Shown piece by piece: positions 10,747-18,987 of a DNA stretch of 64,000 bases. How positions within the stretch are numbered: position 1 is the stretch's first letter; each line of letters begins with the position of its first letter. Position numbers and translations under genes: made by a program. The stretch comes from Phycisphaerae bacterium (lineage in GTDB: Bacteria; Planctomycetota; Phycisphaerae; UBA1845), in assembly GCA_029260015.1 (NCBI GenBank), contig JAJDEB010000036.1, positions 842,554 through 906,553 of the forward strand, read 5' to 3'. The notes beneath the pieces were generated by a model that saw only the letters and a list, made by a program, of their open reading frames with translations, was not told where the DNA came from and did no database searches.

Positions 10747-12852
10747 TCACTGGGCCCGAGGCACCCCGAACGGATTCGACGCGGGCACATTCGGTGCAAA
10801 TCCGTGTCGTTCCGCCAGCAGTTTCTGAAGCTGCTCTAGATGTTGCGTTGTGTTCCCACTACTTCCCGACTCAACTTCCCTTCCCGATTCGTCAGCACTT
10901 TCTGAAACAATCTCGCCCTGTCCGCTTTTTGAGTCCGATCCGACGTTTGAACCGTCAGCCAGTCGCCCCGCATTCCGATCAAGCGCAACATCCCGCAGAG
11001 TCTCAGCCAGTCGCCGCCCTTCGCGAACAGCACCAAGCCGCATCAATCGATCACGCGTGTCTTGAATCACCGCCTCGAATTGTCCCTGCCGCTCACCGTC
11101 ATAAACGAAATCCGTCACCAACCGGCCCATCCCCGGTTCATCACGGAATCGGTCCATCAGTTCCGAAATCTGAAACTCGCCGAACGCAGTACATAAACCG
11201 ACGACTTCGTCAGCCAACCGCCGCAGTCCGGCATCCGCAAAGCGCGACGCCACGAACACGTCCGCGACCTCTACATAGTGCCCCGGTTCGTTGACCAGCA
11301 CCTGCAACATGCCACGAAGTGCGGCTTGCTCTGCGTCGGATGTCGCCTCACCGACGATACTCTGAGATTCGCGATCCACCCGTTCAATATTCGGGTCATT
11401 GGTATTCGGATCATTGGCCCGCGCATTCGCGCGAGCCCGCTGCGTCCTGACCTTCCGCTGGGCCTGATCGAGCAGTTTGACGATTTCCTCAGACGGAACA
11501 GACAATAACCCCGAGAGTTGGTTGATCACCAAACCCCGCTGGATTGCGTCGAGCGTTCCGTAGGATGCCATTTGGGAAACCAGAGAAATGAATGCCTCGA
11601 CAGCTTGCCGCCGCCCGCTTCCATTCTGTCCCCCACCCCCCGTATCAGCGAACATTTCACATGTTCGTCCCCACTTGAATCTTAGCGCGTCAACCGAACC
11701 ATTCAACAAGGAATCGATACCGCCGGCTCCATGGGCCGTCAAATAGTCGCTAGGGTCCTTCCCGTCGGGAACACTGGCGATACGGACCGATAAGTTATAG
11801 CGCAGCGCTACGCCCAGGGCACGGTCTGCCGCTTCCTCGCCCGCAGCGTCTGCATCGAAGAGCAGCACGACTTCATCGGCCCAGCGTCTCAATAACGATA
11901 TCTGCTGATCGGTGAGGGCCGTTCCCAGCGTTGCTACCGCTCTGGTCAATCCATATTGATGGCAGGCGATGCAGTCGGTATACCCTTCAACCACGATCGC
12001 CTGACGTTTTTCGCTGATGGGCATCCGGGCACGATCGATGCCGTAGAGCATGGTCCCTTTATCAAAGAGCGGTGTATGCGAAGTGTTGAGATACTTCGCC
12101 CGATCGCCGACAAGCGTTCGGCCACCAAAGCCAATGACGCGGTTCATGGTGTCGCGGATCGGAAACATCAACCGCCCACGAAAGACGCCATACAAGTTGT
12201 TTTGATTCGACCCGCCAGAAGTAAATCCGCCAGAAGTAAATCCGCCCGAAGCAGATCCGTATCGATCCGAAGCCCGAACAAGATCGCCGGCTTGTAATGC
12301 CCGAACGTTGATCCCGGCTTTGCGGGCTTTTTCTGGCAACCAACCGCCCGCTTCTGGTGCCCACCCGATGGCAAACTGCTCGACGATGTCGCTCGGAATA
12401 CCCCGCTCTTGAAGATAATCGCGGGCGACTTTGCCCAATCGTTCGTCAGCAAGGGCACCTTGAAACGCGCTCATCGCCCATCCGTTGGCCCGGGCAATGT
12501 CGCTGCGGTCGATACCATCTGCCGTTTGTCCGCCTCCACCCCGCGAACTTGACCTCCGCGCCTTGTCAAGATCGACGCCAGCCCGGTCGGCTAAGATACG
12601 CATCGCCTCAACAAAGTTCACGGCTTCGCGCTGTTGGACAAAGCTGAAAAGATCGCCGCCCACCCCGCAGCCGAAGCACTTGAAAATCTGCTTGCCAGGA
12701 CTGACGCTGAATGATGGTGACTTTTCTTCGTGGAACGGGCACAGACCCACAAAGTCGCGGCCTGCGCGCTTCAGCGAGACATGCTCAGACACAATCTCCA
12801 CCAGATCAATCCGCTGGCGGATTTCTTCTTTAAGCGCGTCCCAATCTTTCAA
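10747..12852 (-). CDS. dnaG: DNA primase DnaG
   Basis: CHC2 zinc finger CPFHEEKSPSFSVSPGKQIFKCFGCGVGGD and Toprim VVVEGYTDCIACHQYG. It lies upstream of rpoD on the same strand, as in the classical dnaG-rpoD arrangement. Confidence 0.95.
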   Translation of the reverse strand: MKDWDALKEEIRQRIDLVEIVSEHVSLKRAGRDFVGLCPFHEEKSPSFSVSPGKQIFKCFGCGVGGDLFSFVQQREAVNFVEAMRILADRAGVDLDKARRSSSRGGGGQTADGIDRSDIARANGWAMSAFQGALADERLGKVARDYLQERGIPSDIVEQFAIGWAPEAGGWLPEKARKAGINVRALQAGDLVRASDRYGSASGGFTSGGFTSGGSNQNNLYGVFRGRLMFPIRDTMNRVIGFGGRTLVGDRAKYLNTSHTPLFDKGTMLYGIDRARMPISEKRQAIVVEGYTDCIACHQYGLTRAVATLGTALTDQQISLLRRWADEVVLLFDADAAGEEAADRALGVALRYNLSVRIASVPDGKDPSDYLTAHGAGGIDSLLNGSVDALRFKWGRTCEMFADTGGGGQNGSGRRQAVEAFISLVSQMASYGTLDAIQRGLVINQLSGLLSVPSEEIVKLLDQAQRKVRTQRARANARANDPNTNDPNIERVDRESQSIVGEATSDAEQAALRGMLQVLVNEPGHYVEVADVFVASRFADAGLRRLADEVVGLCTAFGEFQISELMDRFRDEPGMGRLVTDFVYDGERQGQFEAVIQDTRDRLMRLGAVREGRRLAETLRDVALDRNAGRLADGSNVGSDSKSGQGEIVSESADESGREVESGSSGNTTQHLEQLQKLLAERHGFAPNVPASNPFGVPRAQ

Positions 12853-12885
12853 TGAGTCCCTCGGAGGAAAAAAGCTCGTTGTTGC

Positions 12886-12924
12886 CTAGACCTGCCTAGT
12901 TGGCTAGACCTAGAAGTCGCCTAG
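12886..12924. repeat. Cluster of five [CG]CTAG[AT] motifs in the dnaG upstream leader
   Basis: CTAG occurs at 12886, 12896, 12904, 12910 and 12921, all within 39 bp and 34-72 nt upstream of the dnaG start. The function is unknown. Confidence 0.5.
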
Positions 12925-13403
12925 AACTGGCAGTTGCAAAAACCCGCGATGTCGATTCCTGATACCGCGACCGTCCCGCTAGTTGATATGTCCACCAAAA
13001 CCCCAGCCAATTTACCGAATCTCCAGCATCAGTAACCCAGCGACCAACGTCTCGTGATTTATCAAGGGTTCAACAGCAAACGGATCAAAGCCTAAAAAGG
13101 CTCCGACGTATTCGTTTCAACAGGCAATGTTCAAAAGCCAATAGGTAATGTAAGACGCCAATAAGTTAAAACGCATGTCGCCCAGCTGCATATTGCCCGG
13201 ATGCGTATCGCACTGGAGCCAGTCAGATCACGAATCCAAACCGCCTCAAAACCCAGCAGCCGTCCGCTACTACTTTATTGCTCCAAGAAATCGGGCAAAG
13301 CAATGTAGTGTAACACGTTATCGCCATTTGGTCAAAAAAAGGACCATAAAAAACTGCTCTGGCCATACTGAAAACAGCCTATTTGTCCCCAGTTACTACT
13401 GAT

Positions 13404-13508
13404 TCGTCACTCCCGCGCATGCGGGAGTCCAGAGTGAGCGATGGGTATCGCGCGGGGCTTGGATTCCCGCGTTCGCGGGAATGACGGCGGAGCGCAACCC
13501 GCAAGATG
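13404..13508 (+). repeat. Double-hairpin intergenic repeat, copy 1 of 3 (about 105 nt)
   Basis: Hairpin 1 is ACTCCCGC-GCAT-GCGGGAGT (13409-13428). Hairpin 2 is ATTCCCGC-GTTC-GCGGGAAT (13463-13482). Homologous copies lie at 25968-26107 (reverse) and 39370-39452. Confidence 0.9.
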
Positions 13509-13559
13509 GATGACCCGTGGGCCGACGCTAGACACCATTCGCAGAAGTGTCGAGGCTTG

Positions 13560-15008
13560 CTACTGCCCCGACATGGCTTGTATCGAAGCGGCGGTCTCGG
13601 TGTTTGAAACCGTGTAGCCGAGGAAGTTCAGGAATTCCTTTTGGCTTAGGCGCGGGACGGCGAGTACGTCTACCTTGGCGAGTTGGGCCTCGTAGGCTGC
13701 GTAGGCCTTCGCTGCGGCTTGGTACTTGGGGTCGTCTTCCGGATCGACATCCTGTGAGCGTCGCGGGCGTTCGGGTGGTCCGCCCAGCACCACGAAGTCC
13801 ACCTTGGCCGAGAGCTCCGTCAACGTCGAACCACCCCACTGCTCGATCAGCGCCATGATGTCGCGCTGGCCATGCGGGTCGTCGCGGCCGTCACCGTTGA
13901 TATCGAACTCGCCCATGACGAAGAATTTGAGCGACTGGTGACGGTCGTAGATCGGGTTGGCGATGATGTCTTCGGTGAGGATCATCTGATCACGCAACAA
14001 GGAGACGATTTTGCACTCGGCGCTGTGCTGATGGATGGCGACGACTTCGATGCGGGCTTTGGGTCGGCCGTCTTCCGGGATCCCTGAGAGTGCGTCATAG
14101 ACGGCGAATTCGAGTCCCAACGTCAGATGATCGTCGCGGCCCAGATCGATATAAACGATGGGGTCGCCGGGCGAGGCTTTGAGGATGCGGCCATCACCCA
14201 TGCGTGCGGTGGCTTTGGGAATCGGTGTGATCTGCGACTGCCCCAGTTTGGCCTGCAGTTCCTGATGGCGGGCGAGCAGATCGTCGTAAGCGGCTTGGCA
14301 TTCGCGCGTTTCGCCGCGCTGCTTTTGAATATCGTCTGAACACTGGTCTTTGATCTTTTCGATCTGCGCGTCGAATGCATCGATCTCCTGATCGCGCTCG
14401 GTGCGGTACTCATCGCGCTCTTCGCTGACCTTGACGACGTCGCCCTGAAGCTTTTCTGCCGCATCAGAGAAATCCGACTTGCGTCGCCCTTCGGCGTCAC
14501 GCAGAACCTTCAAATCGGTTTGCAGTTGGGCGATACCTTTCTCGGCTTGATTGCGTGCTTCTGCTTCCGCACGAAACAAACTATGCATCGCGTCGAGCGC
14601 AGATAGCATCGATACGCTGTCGAAATCAGACTTGGCTTCGATGTTCGGGTCGGCTTTGTATTTTTCGATTCGCGCCGAAAACTCGGTGCGAAGGTTGGCA
14701 TTGTCGTCGCCGCGGTTTCCGCTGATCAACTCAGCCGAATCGCCGCGTGCGGCTTCAATCAGGTCGACCATTGTCGAACCGGGATTGGATCTTGCTTCGG
14801 TGTATTGTGGAAGTGCCCGACCGTCAGACGAAATGACTTTTGCCAACGTATCTTTCGCATCGGCGACATCTTTATCTTTCTGATCTTGATCAAGATAGAT
14901 GATCACAAGAAACACCGTAGACGTCAGCCATAACGCAACGAAGACGATGAGCCAAACGTGGATTGCGGTCACTCCACCTTGCTGCGGTGCACGGGCAACA
15001 GCCATCAA
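13560..15008 (-). CDS. Membrane-anchored coiled-coil protein with a BRCT-like C-terminal domain (hypothetical)
   Basis: 482-aa ORF with one N-terminal TM (IHVWLIVFVALWLTSTVFLVIIYL) and a long charged heptad-like region. The C-terminus FFVMGEFD..RDIMALIEQWGGSTLTELSAKVDFVVLGGPP...VDVLAVPRLSQKEFLNFLGY follows the BRCT pattern. Confidence 0.75.
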   Translation of the reverse strand: MMAVARAPQQGGVTAIHVWLIVFVALWLTSTVFLVIIYLDQDQKDKDVADAKDTLAKVISSDGRALPQYTEARSNPGSTMVDLIEAARGDSAELISGNRGDDNANLRTEFSARIEKYKADPNIEAKSDFDSVSMLSALDAMHSLFRAEAEARNQAEKGIAQLQTDLKVLRDAEGRRKSDFSDAAEKLQGDVVKVSEERDEYRTERDQEIDAFDAQIEKIKDQCSDDIQKQRGETRECQAAYDDLLARHQELQAKLGQSQITPIPKATARMGDGRILKASPGDPIVYIDLGRDDHLTLGLEFAVYDALSGIPEDGRPKARIEVVAIHQHSAECKIVSLLRDQMILTEDIIANPIYDRHQSLKFFVMGEFDINGDGRDDPHGQRDIMALIEQWGGSTLTELSAKVDFVVLGGPPERPRRSQDVDPEDDPKYQAAAKAYAAYEAQLAKVDVLAVPRLSQKEFLNFLGYTVSNTETAASIQAMSGQ

Positions 15009-15302
15009 TTAAACTCCGTCTATTTAGGTCTTGAGTTGCTTGGTGAATCAAGGCGACGTTCGCAAAGCTGTCTCGTCTGAACGGGGCACATCATACCCGT
15101 TGATCGAAACGATTGTAGAATACGCTTTGCAGCGGCCAAAGCTTTATTTTGAAAGGCGTTGCGCACTCTGTCAACACGCAAACACTGTCTGGAATGCACC
15201 AAAAACAACAGGATGATTAAGCATGGCGTGGGGATCGGCTGATGAAATCGTCGAAGGCGGTCAGTCAATCTGCGGAAGGGCGATGAGCGCTGACGCTTTA
15301 TT

Positions 15303-16226
15303 TCAAGCGTTTGCACCATCTTCGGAGGTGATTTCGCCTGGCACAGCCGGCCTCGGTGCGTCGTGCCGAATGCCCAATCGAGAGATCGCATCGCATTCGA
15401 CAATGCCTCGAAGTGCCTCACGAGGAATACGTGGGAAATTCGTCCCCGCGCAGAGGTGGTTTAATCCGTAAAGTGTCTCGATACTTTCCGTAGCCGAGTT
15501 GAACGGAAAACCGCTGGCAAAGAGCAGCTTATCCATCACGCCATATTGATACGCCGAGAGCAATGCCTGGTACGCCTCCCACGGCTGATGCAGCAACCAA
15601 CTGATGTCGGAATACACATTGGCGTGCTTACCAAGGAGAACCAACGCCTCGCTGGTCCACGGATAACCGAGGTGGGCGATGATGATTTTTAACTTGGGGT
15701 ATTCTCGGGCAACTGCATCGAGAAGAATCGGTTGGGCATATTCCATTTTGCATTCGCTGGAAATCTGGATGCCCTGGTGAAACATGATCGGAAGGCTCAG
15801 CGCGTCGGCGTGTTCGTAAACCGCCTCCATATTGCTGCTGCTCGGGTGCAAATCCTGAGCCGCCGGTGAAACCGCGATCCCCTTCATACCGAGTTCGCTG
15901 GTCGCACGATCAATCTCTTCGATCGCTGCATTGCGATCTGTCGGATCGATACCCGCAAACCCGATCAAACGATCGGGATGCGTTTTCACATAATCGGCGA
16001 CCGTATCATTGGATATGTTTGCGCCGAGATAATCACTCTTGAAACCGACAACGATCGTCGCATCTGCAGCCCGCGCGGCTGCGTAGTGTCGTGTGACGTT
16101 TGCGCGGGTTTCTTGATCGCCGACACTTCGCCCGGACGGAACACGCGATTGACGCCGCAGCGCTTCAACAGCCCGACCCAGCTGACCCGGCGAATCCCAA
16201 ATGTGTGTATAGCAATCGACGATCAT
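15303..16226 (-). CDS. Amidohydrolase-2 family metal-dependent hydrolase
   Basis: 307-aa ORF. The N-terminal IVDCYTHIW and KIIIAHLGYPW ... NVYSDISW match the PF04909-type TIM-barrel hydrolase pattern. Confidence 0.75.
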   Translation of the reverse strand: MIVDCYTHIWDSPGQLGRAVEALRRQSRVPSGRSVGDQETRANVTRHYAAARAADATIVVGFKSDYLGANISNDTVADYVKTHPDRLIGFAGIDPTDRNAAIEEIDRATSELGMKGIAVSPAAQDLHPSSSNMEAVYEHADALSLPIMFHQGIQISSECKMEYAQPILLDAVAREYPKLKIIIAHLGYPWTSEALVLLGKHANVYSDISWLLHQPWEAYQALLSAYQYGVMDKLLFASGFPFNSATESIETLYGLNHLCAGTNFPRIPREALRGIVECDAISRLGIRHDAPRPAVPGEITSEDGANA

Positions 16227-16383
16227 CGACTCGTTTACCTCAAACGGACCGAAATGAACTTGCGCTTAAACTGTTTTGAAGCAACGACCTAGGCACCGCG
16301 CCAGCAGGCCGTCGGCAAAATCCTATCAGAAAATCACAGGCCATGCACGCAAACTTTTGAATGCAGCCACCCCTGCGAATCAC

Positions 16384-17532
16384 CTATCTTTTACGCGATG
16401 CGGCCAATCCACACAACAGCCCCAACGGCATGCAAATGCCTAGTGCCCCGCATCCCCGCGCAGAGGGCGTTTCAATCACGCCGGTTTCGGATGCTTCCGC
16501 AATGATTCGGTTCATCGCCAACTGTGTGACCACCGCCGATTTGTCTGAAATTTTAGGGGCAATCACCGATGACAACGCCCGAAATGGACGTCCGAAAACC
16601 CCAGCCACCCCGGTGCCACCGGGTTGATTGTTGACGCGGCAAAGCACCCTGGCTTCTAGTGTGAATGGGTCATCTGGTTGGGCGGTGTATTGATATGGAA
16701 TCACCTGCCCGGGGACGACGACCAGTCGAACATTGCCAGTCGATTGCAACTGCTGAATCGCACCATCGATCCCAATGATGTTCGAGGACAGCAGCATTCC
16801 CGGGCCATCGGTAATTGCGATAAGCCCGCCCTGCGTCGAAACCGCAACCTCACCGTTTGGCATACCGGTGACATCCACCGACGCGCGGAATACTTCTTCG
16901 CCCGCAGTCGAAGACGAACCGCCGAATTGCGTGATGATCACGATCATTTGAACGTTCAAACCGGTCAGGTCGCCGGACGGGTCATCCGTCCAGACGAGAA
17001 TTCCGCCATTGGCAAAAACGTTGCTGATGACTGTCGCGTCGTTTGGCGACAATTCATCGGGATTCAATCCAGTCGTGTTGGTGTCACCTTGTGGCACAAA
17101 ACCAGACAGGTCAGCCTCAGTAAAGACAATGTCTCGCTCTTCAACAATCTCTGATCGGACTTCATACGACACTGACGGATCAAGCGAGAAGCAGTCGGCT
17201 TCGACGCCCCACTCGCCAGGGTTGGCCACCAAAGACAATGCCGGGTCGCGAAACGTGGCGATACCGCGCGAACCAGATTCGCTCTCGCTGCCACCGTCAA
17301 AATTGCCCAAACCGGAAAGGCTTTCGATGGGCAGTTGACTCGATGTGTTGGGAAAGTCTTCGACCGATTGGTCCGTCGAACCGGGCTCGCCATCGACGAA
17401 CTCGGTGGACGCCGAAATAATCTGCGAGCGAACCGCAGTAACTTCGGCGCTGACATTCACCACCGCCAAAACCATCGAACAAGTCAACACCAACATCGTC
17501 AAACCGAAGGTGCTTCGCAGAAATAATTTCAT
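16384..17532 (-). CDS. Secreted hypothetical protein with a C-terminal hydrophobic/basic anchor
   Basis: Signal peptide MKLFLRSTFGLTMLVLTCSMVLAVVNVSA from the ATG at 17532 (the ORF track uses a GTG at 17547). The C-terminus is ...IETPSARGCGALGICMPLGLLCGLAASRKR. Confidence 0.7.
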   Translation of the reverse strand: MKLFLRSTFGLTMLVLTCSMVLAVVNVSAEVTAVRSQIISASTEFVDGEPGSTDQSVEDFPNTSSQLPIESLSGLGNFDGGSESESGSRGIATFRDPALSLVANPGEWGVEADCFSLDPSVSYEVRSEIVEERDIVFTEADLSGFVPQGDTNTTGLNPDELSPNDATVISNVFANGGILVWTDDPSGDLTGLNVQMIVIITQFGGSSSTAGEEVFRASVDVTGMPNGEVAVSTQGGLIAITDGPGMLLSSNIIGIDGAIQQLQSTGNVRLVVVPGQVIPYQYTAQPDDPFTLEARVLCRVNNQPGGTGVAGVFGRPFRALSSVIAPKISDKSAVVTQLAMNRIIAEASETGVIETPSARGCGALGICMPLGLLCGLAASRKR

Positions 17533-17691
17533 CCGTGTAGCCTTCACAAAATGATTGGAATCTCACCCCGTCGATTACCCATTGCGGTGAATTCCATTTC
17601 GCCCGCCGGGTAGCGGCATTCGACTTAAGTCTAGACCGAGGCAAGTGTAAAGTCGAGATTTCGGCGTCTAAGCGTGTTCTTTGTTCGATAA

Positions 17692-18960
17692 TCAACTGAA
17701 ATGGCCGTAGAGATAAAGACCCGAAAAGCACGCCAAAAAGACCATCCCCGCGATGCTCAGCGTGCGCAGCCATGCCGGCGGTTGGGCTTCGTCCGGCAAT
17801 GTTCGCAGACCGATCGTACGATAGGTGATATAGGCAAGAATCGGTGCCGAAAGAAACGCGACAATGGTGATGAAATCAATCAACTTAGTCATCCGCGACA
17901 TGAAGTATGCGATGATGACGACCGCCCCGGCACACAGCGTCACATTGAAAACCCAATACCATTGACGCACGTTCGTGGTCTTGTTCTCACGCAGAATCCG
18001 AATCGACTCGGCCAACACGCGCGGATAGCCATCGATTACGGTTAATGTGGTGCTGAACATGCACGTCAGAGCTGCCGTCAAGATAAACGGACGACTCCAA
18101 CTCCCCAGCGCATCGGTGTACATTGAAATTAACTGTGCGGCAAAGGGGACGGCTTTGGTCTCAACTTCGATGCCACTCGTGTACATGACCAACGCACCAA
18201 GGCTGACGAACATGATGGCCATGAACGTCGTAGCGATGTAACCCAGGTTGAAATCAAACAGCGCTTCGCGCATCGTCGGGCAGTGGCCGGTCTGCGCGGT
18301 CCGTTCCTGCATCCAAAGCGACGGCCACGCTGCGATGTCCAATGGCGTCGGCATCCAACCCATCAATGCGATCAAGAAAGGAAGCTTCCAATCACTGAAT
18401 GGAACAAGTTTGAAGGCAGCAGGAGTCGCTTTGGTCAGCGCCGCACCAACGGCGATAGCTGTGCTAAGCGCCAAGAACACCATCATCACCTTCATCAACT
18501 TATCGAGCCACGGATACCCGCCCAGCGCCAACACAGCCATGCAGATACTCACGACAATGACTGCCCACATGGTTATTGACATCACGCCGGTAAAGACATT
18601 CGCTGCGATGCCCGCCGTCACCACGGTGACAGCCGCCACCGTCGGCATCCCCGAACCCAGCGTCACGAGCGCAAAAACTATGAGCGCCCACTTGCCCACG
18701 CGACGGTACCCCACCAACAGACATTCACCGGTCGAAGCTGCATACCGCTGACCGAACTCGAAGAACGGATATTTGAAGAGGTTGGCAATCAGCACCACGA
18801 TGAGCAGCGTGAAACCGTATCCCGCCCCAGCCCGCGTCGATTGAACCAGGTGAGATACACCGATCGCCGCCCCGGCAAAAATGATGCCTGGACCAATGGC
18901 CTTGAGGATTCCCGACCTGGATCTAGAAGTGTCTTGATTCACGAGCGCTTCCCGATGCAA
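17692..18960 (-). CDS. NRAMP-family divalent metal cation transporter
   Basis: 422-aa polytopic ORF. The N-terminal GPGIIFAGAAIGVSHLVQSTRAGAGYGF is the NRAMP family signature region. Confidence 0.75.
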   Translation of the reverse strand: MHREALVNQDTSRSRSGILKAIGPGIIFAGAAIGVSHLVQSTRAGAGYGFTLLIVVLIANLFKYPFFEFGQRYAASTGECLLVGYRRVGKWALIVFALVTLGSGMPTVAAVTVVTAGIAANVFTGVMSITMWAVIVVSICMAVLALGGYPWLDKLMKVMMVFLALSTAIAVGAALTKATPAAFKLVPFSDWKLPFLIALMGWMPTPLDIAAWPSLWMQERTAQTGHCPTMREALFDFNLGYIATTFMAIMFVSLGALVMYTSGIEVETKAVPFAAQLISMYTDALGSWSRPFILTAALTCMFSTTLTVIDGYPRVLAESIRILRENKTTNVRQWYWVFNVTLCAGAVVIIAYFMSRMTKLIDFITIVAFLSAPILAYITYRTIGLRTLPDEAQPPAWLRTLSIAGMVFLACFSGLYLYGHFS

Positions 18961-18987
18961 CCTGCCTGCGGTGCAAACTTTAGCGGG

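Noticed and set aside
13175-13402. 75-aa plus-strand ORF in the dnaG upstream gap
   Set aside because: It has no SD and an odd composition, and it ends at the repeat element. It is most likely non-coding.
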